Source of the DNA: Candidatus Lustribacter sp.
GTDB taxonomy: Bacteria > Vulcanimicrobiota > Vulcanimicrobiia > Vulcanimicrobiales > Vulcanimicrobiaceae
Length of the DNA: 64,000 bases
Direction: 5' to 3'
Assembly (NCBI GenBank): GCA_965277805.1
Contig: OZ255842.1
Coordinates: 928,001-992,000, forward strand
Made by a program: the position numbers and the translations under genes. Below are positions 47,361 to 56,699 of this stretch, piece after piece. The notes under the pieces are model-generated. The model had not been told where the DNA came from and did no database searches. It saw nothing but the letters and a program-made list of their open reading frames with translations. Each line of letters starts with the position of its first letter. The stretch's first letter is position 1.

Positions 47361-48838
47361 CGGGGCGCGCGGCACTTCGGGAAAAATACGAAGCGGTTAT
47401 TGGGATCGAGTGTCACGTTGAACTGAAGACCGTCAGCAAGATGTTCTGCGGCTGCGCGAACGAGTTCGGCGGGGAACCGAATACCAAAGTGTGTCCGGTG
47501 TGTTTGGCGCTGCCCGGTGCGTTGCCGGTGCCCAATGCGAAGGCGATCGAGCTGATGATCGCGGCGGGGCTCGCGTTCGACGCGGAGATTCCGGCGTTTT
47601 CGAAGTTCGACCGGAAGAACTACTTCTATCCGGACATGCCCAAGAACTATCAGATCTCGCAGTTCGACATGCCGCTCACGCAGGGCGGCGTGGTGCACTA
47701 TTGGCTGCCGGACGGCACGAAGAAGTCATGCCGCCTCACGCGCATCCATCTCGAAGAAGATACCGGTAAGTCGACGCACGCGGGTTCGGGTGACGGCCGC
47801 ATCGCCGGCTCGTCGTACTCGCTGGTCGACTTCAACCGCGCCGGCGTGCCGTTGATGGAGTGCGTCGGCGAACCGGACATCCGTTCGGCCGAAGAAGCCG
47901 TCGGCTATCTCGAGGCGCTCAAACGCACCTTCGTCGAGCTCGGCGTCTCCGACGTCAAGATGGAAGAAGGATCGCTGCGCTGCGATGCCAACGTGTCGGT
48001 CCGCTTGCGCGGCGCGGCCGAATACGGCACGAAGGCCGAGATCAAGAACATGAACTCGTTTCGCAGCGTGCACGATGCGATCGAGAGCGAGATCGACCGT
48101 CAGATCTCGGTGATCGAGGGCGGCGGCCGCGTGATCCAGGAGACGCGCGGCTGGGACGAAGCGGCCGGCGTGACGCATTCGATGCGCTCCAAAGAACAAG
48201 CGCACGACTACCGCTACTTCCCCGAGCCCGATCTCGTGCCGTTGGAAATCGACCGCAGCGTGATCGAGCGCATCCGCGCGTCGATGCCGCCGGTGCCGTT
48301 CGAACGCTTCGAGCGCTATACCGAAAAATTCGGGATATCGGTGAAGCAGACGACGCAGCTGGTCGACAACCCGCCGCTGGCGGCGTATTTCGATAAGGTC
48401 GTGGCGGTGACCAACGCACCCGCGGCAACCCTGAACTTCGTGTTAGGCGATCTTTCGCGCATGGCCAACGAAAGCGGCACGCCGGTCTCGCAGGGGAACG
48501 TGACGCCCGAAGCGCTGGCCGAGCTGATCGCGCTCACCGAAGCGAAGACGATCAACTCCAAGATCGCGAAGGACGTGCTCGCGCGGCTCTGGGCCGACGG
48601 CGGTTCGGCGAAGGCAATCGTGGAGGCCGAGGGCCTGGCGCAAGTGTCCGATCCCGGTGCGATTGCGCAGTTCGTCGACGACGTGCTCGCCGCGAACGCC
48701 GAGAGCGTGACGCAATTCAAAGCGGGCAAGGAGAACGTGCTGAAGTTTCTCGTGGGTCAGGTGATGAAGACGAGCCGCGGTAAAGCCAATCCCGAACTCG
48801 TCGAGACGCTCTTGCGGGAGAAGATCGCGGCGCGCTGA
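47318..48838 (+). CDS. gatB: Asp/Glu-tRNA amidotransferase subunit B
   Basis: 'IGIECHVEL', 'FDRKNYFYPDMPKNYQISQ', 'DFNRAGVPL', 'GSLRCDANVS', 'DYRYFPEPDL'. Confidence 0.98.
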   Translation: MATTEAALRQAQGDTGRAALREKYEAVIGIECHVELKTVSKMFCGCANEFGGEPNTKVCPVCLALPGALPVPNAKAIELMIAAGLAFDAEIPAFSKFDRKNYFYPDMPKNYQISQFDMPLTQGGVVHYWLPDGTKKSCRLTRIHLEEDTGKSTHAGSGDGRIAGSSYSLVDFNRAGVPLMECVGEPDIRSAEEAVGYLEALKRTFVELGVSDVKMEEGSLRCDANVSVRLRGAAEYGTKAEIKNMNSFRSVHDAIESEIDRQISVIEGGGRVIQETRGWDEAAGVTHSMRSKEQAHDYRYFPEPDLVPLEIDRSVIERIRASMPPVPFERFERYTEKFGISVKQTTQLVDNPPLAAYFDKVVAVTNAPAATLNFVLGDLSRMANESGTPVSQGNVTPEALAELIALTEAKTINSKIAKDVLARLWADGGSAKAIVEAEGLAQVSDPGAIAQFVDDVLAANAESVTQFKAGKENVLKFLVGQVMKTSRGKANPELVETLLREKIAAR

Positions 48839-51195
48839 TGCTCGCTGATCCACGGTCGCTCGAAGCGCTGGACTTCGCGCGCGTGCGCGAGCGGGTCGCC
48901 GGGCAGACGCATGCCGCGCAGGCGCAGGCGCAGGCGATCGCCATGGAACCCACCTCGGATTCGACCACGGTGCGCCGGCTCGTCAACGAGACGACCGAGA
49001 TGCGCACGCTCGTGCGCACGCAGAGTTTCTCGCTCTCGCGCATCGAGGACGTCGACGAAGCGCTCGAGATCGCGCAGCGCGGCTCGTCGCTGCCGGCGGG
49101 CGAACTGCGCGCGATCGCCGATGCGCTGGCGGCGGGCGGAGCGGCGGTGCGCGCGATCCGCGAGGCCGAGGGCGTGCCCGCGCTGCGCGATGTGACCTCG
49201 GCGTTCAAAGCCCTGCCCTCGATCGTCAGCCGCATCACCGATGCGATCGACGAGCACGGCAGCGTGCTCGATCGCGCGTCGCCCGCGCTTGCGCGCGTGC
49301 GCCGCCAGATCGCGCAGGCGCAGGACGACGCCCGCGACCGCACGGCCGCCCTCACGCGTTCGGCGAAGTACGCGCGCGCGATCCAAGATTCGATCGTCAC
49401 CGTCCGTAACGGCCGCTACGTGATCCCGATCAAGGCCGAGTTCGCGGGCGAGTTCCCGGGCATCGTGCACGACACGAGCGCAACCGGCGCGACGCTCTTC
49501 GTCGAGCCGCTCGAGACGCTGGAGACGAACAACCGCGTCCGCGCCTTGCGCGCGCAAGAGGAGCACGAGGTCGCGCGCATTCTGGCCGAGCTGAGCGCGC
49601 TGACCGGGGCCGAGGCGCACCAGATCCGCACGAACGTCGCGATCTACGTCGAGCTCGATCTGGCGCTCGCACGGGCTGCGGTGGCCGACCGCATGAACGC
49701 GGTCGAGCCCACGATCGTCGATGCGGCGACGATCGACGTGCACGACGGGCGGCATCCGCTGCTCGACGAGCGCGCCGTGCCGCAGTCGATCACGCTCGAC
49801 GACGACGTGCGCATCACGATTATCAGCGGCCCCAATATGGGCGGCAAGACCGTCGCGCTCAAGATGGTCGGCCTGTTCGTCGCGATGGCCGGCTGCGGCA
49901 TGCACGTGCCGGCCGTGTCGGCCAAAATCGGCCGTTTCACCCGTATTTTCACCGATATCGGCGACGATCAATCGATCGCGCAGAACACCTCGACGTTTTC
50001 CGCGCACCTCGGGCGGCTCGCCGAGATCGTTTCGCAAGCCGACGCGCGCTCGCTGATCCTGATCGACGAGATCGGGTCGGGCACGGAGCCCAATGCCGGC
50101 GCGGCGCTGGCCGTGGCACTGCTCGAGCGTTTTCTCGAAGTCGGCGCGTGCGCGCTCGTCACCACGCATGCCACCGAACTGAAGCTCTTCGGCGCCGAAC
50201 ACGCGCATGTCCGCAACGCCAGCGTGCGCTTCGATCCGCATACCTACGCACCGACCTACCAGCTCGATGTCGGCTCGCCCGGACAGTCGCTGGCGTTCCC
50301 GCTCGCGCGTGCGATGCATCTCGACCTGCGCGTAATCGAACGCGCCGAAGCGCTCCTCTCCGCGCAAGAACGCGATTACGAGCGCGCGCTGGAAGAACTC
50401 GCGCTCGAGCGCACACGCACGACGAAAGAGCGCGAAGTGCTGGCGAACGAGCGCGTGCAACTGCGCACGCTCGAAGACGCGGCCCGCAAGCGTGGCGAAA
50501 ATCTCGAACGCGAACGCCGCGAACTCGCCCAGCGCGCCGAGGCCCAGCTGGCTCAAGCGCTGCGGGGCTTTTCGGCCGAGTTGGAACGGCGCGCGCGCGA
50601 GGGCGGCGAGCGTACGCGCGGACCGCGCGTGACCCGCGGCCAAAGCGAACTGCTCGGCCGCACGATCGACGAGATGCGTTCGGGCCTCGGCATTTCACGC
50701 ACCGCGCCCCCTGCAGCGCCGAATCAGCAAGCGCCGGCGCCGATCGGGGTCGGCGACCGCGTGCGCGTGAACTCGCTCGATACCGAGGGTGTCGTGGTGG
50801 AAGATTTCGGCAACGACGTGATGCTGCAGATGGGTGCGCTGCGCATGACCGTACCGAAGAGCGATGTCAGCCGCCAAGGCTCCGCGGCGCCGCGGCGGGT
50901 CGAGCGCCACGAGCGTGAGAGCGGTTCGGCGAAGCTCGCGGCGGCCACCGGCGCGCGCACCGAACTCGACGTGCGCGGCAAACGGTTCGTCGAGGCCGAG
51001 CCCGTCGTCGAGCAGTGGATCGATGCCTCGATGCTCGCCGGCGCGTCGCCGCTGCGGCTGATCCACGGCAAGGGCACGGGCCTTTTGGGACGCGGCTTGC
51101 AGCAATATCTGCGCGCGCACCCGCACGTCAAAGACGTGCGTTTCGGGACGGCCGAAGAAGGGGGCAGCGGCGTGACGGTGTTCGAACTATCGTGA
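48838..51195 (+). CDS. mutS2: Endonuclease MutS2 / ribosome collision factor
   Basis: 'ISGPNMGGKT', 'DIGDDQSI...STFSAH', 'IDEIGSGT', Smr domain 'LDVRG...IHGKGTG'. Confidence 0.96.
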   Translation: MLADPRSLEALDFARVRERVAGQTHAAQAQAQAIAMEPTSDSTTVRRLVNETTEMRTLVRTQSFSLSRIEDVDEALEIAQRGSSLPAGELRAIADALAAGGAAVRAIREAEGVPALRDVTSAFKALPSIVSRITDAIDEHGSVLDRASPALARVRRQIAQAQDDARDRTAALTRSAKYARAIQDSIVTVRNGRYVIPIKAEFAGEFPGIVHDTSATGATLFVEPLETLETNNRVRALRAQEEHEVARILAELSALTGAEAHQIRTNVAIYVELDLALARAAVADRMNAVEPTIVDAATIDVHDGRHPLLDERAVPQSITLDDDVRITIISGPNMGGKTVALKMVGLFVAMAGCGMHVPAVSAKIGRFTRIFTDIGDDQSIAQNTSTFSAHLGRLAEIVSQADARSLILIDEIGSGTEPNAGAALAVALLERFLEVGACALVTTHATELKLFGAEHAHVRNASVRFDPHTYAPTYQLDVGSPGQSLAFPLARAMHLDLRVIERAEALLSAQERDYERALEELALERTRTTKEREVLANERVQLRTLEDAARKRGENLERERRELAQRAEAQLAQALRGFSAELERRAREGGERTRGPRVTRGQSELLGRTIDEMRSGLGISRTAPPAAPNQQAPAPIGVGDRVRVNSLDTEGVVVEDFGNDVMLQMGALRMTVPKSDVSRQGSAAPRRVERHERESGSAKLAAATGARTELDVRGKRFVEAEPVVEQWIDASMLAGASPLRLIHGKGTGLLGRGLQQYLRAHPHVKDVRFGTAEEGGSGVTVFELS

Positions 51196-51197
51196 CG

Positions 51198-52412
51198 ATG
51201 ACCCAACCTCCGAGCGCAGCGGCGCGCGAAGCGGCGCAAGCGTTCGCCGACGGCTGCGATCACGTCGAGACCTTCGACGAACTAGCCGCGCGCATCGCCG
51301 GCGGCAAACGCCTCAACGTCAAGCTCGGCCTCGATCCGACCAGCGCCGATCTGCACATCGGACACGCGGTCGTGCTGCGCAAGCTGCAGCAGTTCGTCGA
51401 TGCGGGTCACAACGTGACGCTGCTGATCGGCGACTTCACCGCGCGCATCGGCGATCCGACTGGCCGCAACGCGATGCGTCCGCCGCTGACCGACGAAGCG
51501 ATCGAAGCGAACATGCAGACGTATGCGAAGCAGGCCGGCAAGGTGCTCGACATGGACCGCATCACGCTGCGCTACAACTCCGAGTGGCTCGGCAAACTCT
51601 CGTTCGCACAACTGATCAAACTGCTCGCGCAAACGACGGTCGCGCGCATGCTCGACCGCAACGACTTCGCGCAGCGCTACGCGGCCGGCACGCCGATTTC
51701 GATGCACGAATTTCTCTATCCGGTCGCGCAAGCGTACGACTCGGTCGCGCTCGAAGCCGACGTCGAACTCGGCGGTTCGGATCAGCTCTTCAACCTGTTG
51801 ATGGGCCGGCCGTATCAGTTACACGCGGGCCAGCCGGCGCAGATCTGCATGACCGTGCCGCTGCTCGAAGGACTCGACGGCAAAGCGAAGATGTCGAAGT
51901 CGGCCGGTAACCACATCGCGCTTACCGACACGCCGAACGATCAATACGGCAAGGTCATGCGCATTCCCGATGAGGCGCTACCGCGCTACGCCCGGCTCGC
52001 GGCCGGCTGGTCGCAGCACGAAACCGACCGTCTCGCTTCGGCCCTTGCCGCCGGCACGGGCAACCCGATGGACGAGAAAAAGCGTATCGCCGAGACGGTG
52101 GTGACGTTGTATCATGGGGCAGATGCCGCCCGGGCGGCGCGCGACCATTTCGAGCGGACGATCCAGCGCGGTGAGATGCCGGCCGAGATTCCCGAACGCC
52201 GATTCGAAGGCGCGCACACCCTGGTGGACGTCATGGTGGCGGCGGGCTTTGCCGAGAGCAAACGCGCGGCGCAGCGGCTGATCGCCGAAGGCGCGGTGAA
52301 AATCGACGGGAGCGTCGTCACCGATCCGAAAACACCCTGGGATACCTCCCGTCCGGCCGTTTTGCAGGTCGGTTCACGTAAATTCGTACGCGTACTCTCC
52401 GAGAAAGGCTGA
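51198..52412 (+). CDS. tyrS: Tyrosine--tRNA ligase
   Basis: 'GLDPTSADLHIGH', 'YPVAQAYD', 'GGSDQLFN', 'KMSKS', C-terminal S4 domain. Confidence 0.98.
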   Translation: MTQPPSAAAREAAQAFADGCDHVETFDELAARIAGGKRLNVKLGLDPTSADLHIGHAVVLRKLQQFVDAGHNVTLLIGDFTARIGDPTGRNAMRPPLTDEAIEANMQTYAKQAGKVLDMDRITLRYNSEWLGKLSFAQLIKLLAQTTVARMLDRNDFAQRYAAGTPISMHEFLYPVAQAYDSVALEADVELGGSDQLFNLLMGRPYQLHAGQPAQICMTVPLLEGLDGKAKMSKSAGNHIALTDTPNDQYGKVMRIPDEALPRYARLAAGWSQHETDRLASALAAGTGNPMDEKKRIAETVVTLYHGADAARAARDHFERTIQRGEMPAEIPERRFEGAHTLVDVMVAAGFAESKRAAQRLIAEGAVKIDGSVVTDPKTPWDTSRPAVLQVGSRKFVRVLSEKG

Positions 52413-52417
52413 CCCCG

Positions 52418-52657
52418 ATGGCCGCCATCACCTACACGCCGCAACAAGGGAAATCCGGGCCGAAGTTCACCTGCCCGCGCTGCCACCGGACCTACCCCTA
52501 TCCCGTTGACTACGATCGTCCGATCCGTTGTGAGTGCGGCTGGTGGTACACCAATGTCGGCCACGGCACGATCGTCGAAGAGTTCCGGCCGCGCATCGGC
52601 GGCTCCGACCCCGACGCTCCGCAATACGGGGAAGGCACGCAGCCCGAACGGCACTAA
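52418..52657 (+). CDS. Small zinc-ribbon-like hypothetical protein
   Basis: CPRC...CECG; ATG preceded by AAAGG; fills the gap between tyrS and hslO. Confidence 0.65.
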   Translation: MAAITYTPQQGKSGPKFTCPRCHRTYPYPVDYDRPIRCECGWWYTNVGHGTIVEEFRPRIGGSDPDAPQYGEGTQPERH

Positions 52658-53538
52658 TCGAGGCGGGCGAGTAGCCCCTCGACGTCGGCGGCGGTGAGCA
52701 CGTAGCGGCGTTTGCAGAAGTCGCACGTCGCTTCCGTCTCCGGCTGTTCGCGCGAAATCTTCAGCAACTCGTCGCGGCCTAAGCCCACGAGCGCCCGTTC
52801 GACCCGCTCGCGGGTGCAGCGGCAGTCGAAGCGCGCCTCGTAGGTGTTCTCGTGGGGGCGTAACTCGAGCCCCGCGGCCAGCCGCTCGATCAGCCCGCGC
52901 GCGTCGGTCCCCTCCGCGATCTGTGTCGTGACCGGCGGCATTGCCGCGGCGTTCGCTTCGAGCTTGGCGATCGTCGCATCGTCGGAGCCCGGCATCAACT
53001 GTGCGATGATGCCGCCGGAAGCGCGGATGCCCGTGGGATCGGCCAAAACACCAAGTGCGACCACGCTCGGGATCTGCTGCGAGTTGGCGAGGTAGCTGGC
53101 GATGTCTTCACCGATCTCGCCCGTTTCGAGCGGCACGATTCCAACGTACGGTTGGCCGATTTCATAGCTCTTGGTGACCTGAAGCTGGCCCTTGCCGATG
53201 ACGCCGGCGACGTCGAATTTGCCGCGCGCGTTGAGCGGCAGATCGGCCAGCGGATAGCGAGCGTAGCCACGCGCCGCGATGACGCCCTCGCCGCCGCTCC
53301 AGGCGTCGGCAACGATCCTCCCGATGGGGCCGTTGCCCGAGATCTGCAGGGTGAGGCGTTCGGGGCCCTTGAGGCTTGCGCCGAGTAGCGTGGCGGCGGT
53401 GACGAGGCGGCCGACGGCGGCGGCGGCGGTGGGTGCCAGGGCATGCCGGAGTTGGGTTTCCCGCACCAATTCGGTCGTCGTTCCGGCGACGAACGAGACG
53501 GTTCCGCTGGCAGCGCTTGCGGTGACGACGCGATCCAT
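52654..53538 (-). CDS. hslO: Redox-regulated chaperone Hsp33
   Basis: 'GNGPIG', 'YVGIVPLETGEIGEDIASYLANSQQIPS', 'GGIIAQLMPG', 'CRC...CDFC'. Confidence 0.96.
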   Translation of the reverse strand: MDRVVTASAASGTVSFVAGTTTELVRETQLRHALAPTAAAAVGRLVTAATLLGASLKGPERLTLQISGNGPIGRIVADAWSGGEGVIAARGYARYPLADLPLNARGKFDVAGVIGKGQLQVTKSYEIGQPYVGIVPLETGEIGEDIASYLANSQQIPSVVALGVLADPTGIRASGGIIAQLMPGSDDATIAKLEANAAAMPPVTTQIAEGTDARGLIERLAAGLELRPHENTYEARFDCRCTRERVERALVGLGRDELLKISREQPETEATCDFCKRRYVLTAADVEGLLARLD

Positions 53539-53653
53539 ACGCAGGTGGAGAAACCCCGATCCGCTGCGGGCGTTGCAATTGTCGCTTTGGCGGGAGGAAG
53601 GCAACCGTGCCCTGGTATAGGCTCCCCGACAACGTTTTTTGAGGTGCCGTATC

Positions 53654-53956
53654 TTGACCAAAGCTGATCTCGTTGAATCGATCGCGACTGAGTTCGAACT
53701 TTCAAAGCGCCAATCGGGCGAGATCATCGACCTGGTATTGGAAGAGATCAAAGAGGCGCTGCAGAGCGGCGACAAGGTGCAGCTGATTCCGTTCGGCAGC
53801 TTCGTCGTGCGCAATCGCAAAGCGCGCGAGGGCCGCAATCCGGCGACCGGCGCGAAGATCAAGATCCCCGCGCGCCGCGTGCCCGCGTTCACCGCCGGTA
53901 AGGGCCTCAAAGACGCCGTCGCCGGCGGCAAGAAAAAATCTAGCCGAAAGAAGTAG
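53654..53956 (+). CDS. hup: DNA-binding protein HU
   Basis: 'TKADLV', 'VQLIPFGSF', 'REGRNPATG', 'PAFTAGKGLKDAV'; SD GAGGTG. Confidence 0.95.
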   Translation: MTKADLVESIATEFELSKRQSGEIIDLVLEEIKEALQSGDKVQLIPFGSFVVRNRKAREGRNPATGAKIKIPARRVPAFTAGKGLKDAVAGGKKKSSRKK

Positions 53957-53971
53957 GCTGGTTGTCAGCCA

Positions 53972-54181
53972 CTACGAGCCGAACGAGTACTTCGAGACGC
54001 GCGGCTTGAGCGGTTGGTCGTCGTGCGCCGAGACGGTCTTGCGGAGCGCGGCGATCTCGTCGCCGTCGAGCTCGAAGCCCTCGGCAACAACGGCGGCTTC
54101 CGGGTCGCGCGCGAACGCCATCCGGAACGCTTCATCGTTGAGGTAGCGTTCGACGAGATCGGCTACGGCATCGCGGCTCAT
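53972..54181 (-). CDS. NHLP-clan (Os1348/Franean1_4349-like) putative peptide precursor
   Basis: 'MSRDAVADLVERYLNDEAFRMAFARDPEAAV...GFELDGDEIAAL' leader followed by 'LKPRVSKYSFGS'; alternative coupled start at 54214 (TGATG overlap). Confidence 0.72.
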   Translation of the reverse strand: MSRDAVADLVERYLNDEAFRMAFARDPEAAVVAEGFELDGDEIAALRKTVSAHDDQPLKPRVSKYSFGS

Positions 54182-54213
54182 GGGATGCCGTAAGAATTCG
54201 CGCGCTCGCGCCA

Positions 54214-56250
54214 TCAGCCTTTCTTTAAAACGTGCCGCGCATGTGCTTTTAATCTCGCGCGCTCGGTCCAAATGTCGTTGCACAGGCGGAAGAGCGCGAG
54301 ACCGCCGACGACGACCGCGAACACCCGGCCGAAGTATGGCACGGCGTCCGGCGGGACGATGCGTGCGACCCAGCCTTGGGCCGTGTAGCGATAGATGAAG
54401 AGCGTCCAGGCCGAGATCGCGCCGATGTACACGACCGCCCCGAGCGCGTAGAGCAGCTCGAACCGGTGGCCGCGCAAGCTAGCGCCGCTTCGCAGCGCGG
54501 GCCACAACCCGGTAGCGATCCAGCCCAGGCTCTTGCCGCGCAGATTCGGCCGCTCCATCGCGTCCATCAGCAGATAGTAGCCGTCGTATTCGAGCAGCGG
54601 GTTGAGGTTGCGCAGTACGGCGATGTACGACCAGAGCGCGAACACCCACGCCACTGCCGCGACCGTCAAGCTGGGCGCAAATAAAGCGAGGTACCCGGCC
54701 GCGCCGGCGAGCACGAGATTCACGAGAATTCCGCCGGCATCCACCAGCATGCGCTGCTCGCGCGTCGCGAGCCAGGCATCCGAGGTGTCGACGAAGAGCA
54801 TGACGCGAAACCAGAACCAGCCGAAGCCGACGCGATCGACGCGCGCGCCCGCGGCCTTTGCCGCCACGCCGTGGCCGAGTTCGTGCAAGATGATCGCAAC
54901 GGCGGCGAGCGGGATCATGAAGAAGCCGACGCGCGCGACCGTTGCGGCGTGCAAGAGCGTGGCGGCGGAGCGCTGCGCCATCGAGATGAACGCCGCAAAC
55001 CCGCCGGCTGCGAGGACGAGCGTAACGATGATGCCGGCGCGCGTAAATGCAAAGCGCCCGACGCTCTGATAGAGTGCGTTGAAGAAACGGTCGCAGCCGT
55101 TGAGGGAAAACGTGTACTCCATCACGCGAAAAACCGCCTCGACGAAACGCCGGTGGCGGCTGCGCGCGGGCGCCGTCGTGTCGAGCCGTTCGAGGTCGAT
55201 GAACTCCTCGCGCGCGAGGTGGCGCACGACGTCCATCACGACGTCCGGCGCGAGCGTTTTGTATTCGAGAAAGAGATCCATCGTGATATCGCGCAGCGTG
55301 TGCACGCCGTCGAGATGGTTCCAGACGAACGCGCCCTCGCGCGAAAGACGGAAATACGTGCCGCGCGCAGGATCTTTTAGCGTCCAGATCGTGGTGCCGT
55401 CCGCGGTCGTGCGATCGTGCAGTTCCACGCCGGGCTTGCGACGCGGCCGGCTGCGCGCTTGCATCAATGCGACCAGGTGTTCGGCGAGTGCGCCTTCGCT
55501 CGCCATCGCTTCGAGCACGTCGTCGCGGCGCAGCACGAGCAATTCGGCGTCGCTGATCACGCGCACGGTCGCGTTGCGCGGTGCGCCCGTCAGCAGCGCG
55601 GCTTCGCCGAAGAGCATCCCCGTGCGGAGCTTGGCTAAATGCCGCTCCGCGTCGCCCGAGGCGTCGACGACCTCGAGTTCGCCGTGCCGGATGAGATAGC
55701 ACTCATCGCCGGGATCCCCCTGACGGATGATGATTTCGCCGGGCGAGGCATGCCGAATCTGCACGCGCTCGGACAAGCGGGCGACTGCCCCGGGCGAAAG
55801 ATCCCCGAGTAGCGTGGCGGATTTGATGAAGCGGCCGACAGCCATCCGCTCGGCTGCCGCCTTAAGTTCCGGCCGGGCGTTGTCATCGTCGATCGCCTGC
55901 GCGAACGAGGCGCCGTCGAGCCGTAGCAGCGTGACCGGGGTGAGTGCGACGACGCTCGCCGTGCGGCGCTCCGCCCCGGCCACGATCGCGACCTCGCCGA
56001 AGAGTTCGCCGGGCCCGAGCACCGCGATCGGCAACGGTCCGCTCTTGCCGGCAATTTGCACTTCGAGCCGCCCGTCGATCACGACGTATGCATCGATGCC
56101 GGCCTCGCCCTCGCGAATCACGACGTCGCCCTTGGCCGCCGTTTCGCGCGTTGCGTTCGCCGCGAGCGTATCGAGCGTGTCCGCCGAAAACGAACGAAGC
56201 TGCCACACGTGCGCGAGGATCGGCGCAGCGAACGAGGGCGTGCTCGTCAT
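54214..56250 (-). CDS. Fusion protein: 2x cyclic-nucleotide-binding domains + PqqD/RRE + M50 (site-2) intramembrane metalloprotease
   Basis: 'GELFGEVAIVAGAERRTASV', 'GMLFGEAALLTGAPRNATV', 'KDPARGTYFRLSREGAFVWNHLDGVHTLRDI', 'LHELGH', 'NLNPLLEYDGYY'. Confidence 0.88.
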   Translation of the reverse strand: MTSTPSFAAPILAHVWQLRSFSADTLDTLAANATRETAAKGDVVIREGEAGIDAYVVIDGRLEVQIAGKSGPLPIAVLGPGELFGEVAIVAGAERRTASVVALTPVTLLRLDGASFAQAIDDDNARPELKAAAERMAVGRFIKSATLLGDLSPGAVARLSERVQIRHASPGEIIIRQGDPGDECYLIRHGELEVVDASGDAERHLAKLRTGMLFGEAALLTGAPRNATVRVISDAELLVLRRDDVLEAMASEGALAEHLVALMQARSRPRRKPGVELHDRTTADGTTIWTLKDPARGTYFRLSREGAFVWNHLDGVHTLRDITMDLFLEYKTLAPDVVMDVVRHLAREEFIDLERLDTTAPARSRHRRFVEAVFRVMEYTFSLNGCDRFFNALYQSVGRFAFTRAGIIVTLVLAAGGFAAFISMAQRSAATLLHAATVARVGFFMIPLAAVAIILHELGHGVAAKAAGARVDRVGFGWFWFRVMLFVDTSDAWLATREQRMLVDAGGILVNLVLAGAAGYLALFAPSLTVAAVAWVFALWSYIAVLRNLNPLLEYDGYYLLMDAMERPNLRGKSLGWIATGLWPALRSGASLRGHRFELLYALGAVVYIGAISAWTLFIYRYTAQGWVARIVPPDAVPYFGRVFAVVVGGLALFRLCNDIWTERARLKAHARHVLKKG

Positions 56251-56279
56251 GAAACGCCGTTCGTAGAAACGCCCCCGTT

Positions 56280-56309
56280 GTCATCCCGAGCTTGTCGAGG
56301 GACCGCCAC
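56280..56309 (+). repeat. REP-like repeat, copy 4
   Basis: GTCATCCCGAGCTTGTCGAGGGACCGCCAC, abutting the VOC stop codon. Confidence 0.85.
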
Positions 56310-56684
56310 TCAGACGAATTGCGTGAGGGAAAGCGTGTTCCCGTCCGGATCGTTGAACCACGCGACCCCGTCGCCGTTTGGGGTCCACCAGATCCCCGCT
56401 TCGTCCTGTTCGATAACCGGCACGCGCATCGTTGCGATGCCGTGCGCAGCGAGTTCGGCGACGGTCGCGCGAATGTCGGGCACGTCCCACCCGAGCGTGG
56501 TAAACGGATGCGGCTGGAAGTCCGCTACGAGTTGCACCCGCAACATCGTTGTCCCGGCCCGAAACACGAGCGCATACGGGGATTCGTCGACCAGCTTCAA
56601 CCCCAATTGGTCGCGATAGAACACTTTCGCCGCCTCCGGCTGCCGAGTAGCCGTGAACGCAATCACCGTCGCATGAGCAAGCAC
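56310..56684 (-). CDS. VOC/glyoxalase-family protein
   Basis: 'AAKVFYRDQLGL', 'LGWDVPDIRATVAELAAHGI', 'VAWFNDPDGNTLSL'; GTG start after GAAAGGGG. Confidence 0.88.
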   Translation of the reverse strand: MLAHATVIAFTATRQPEAAKVFYRDQLGLKLVDESPYALVFRAGTTMLRVQLVADFQPHPFTTLGWDVPDIRATVAELAAHGIATMRVPVIEQDEAGIWWTPNGDGVAWFNDPDGNTLSLTQFV

Positions 56685-56699
56685 GCCCGTCCCCTTTCC

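Noticed and set aside
53539-53931. N-terminal extension of Hsp33 in the ORF track
   Set aside because: It is antisense to HU; Hsp33 homology starts at 'MDRVV' (53538).
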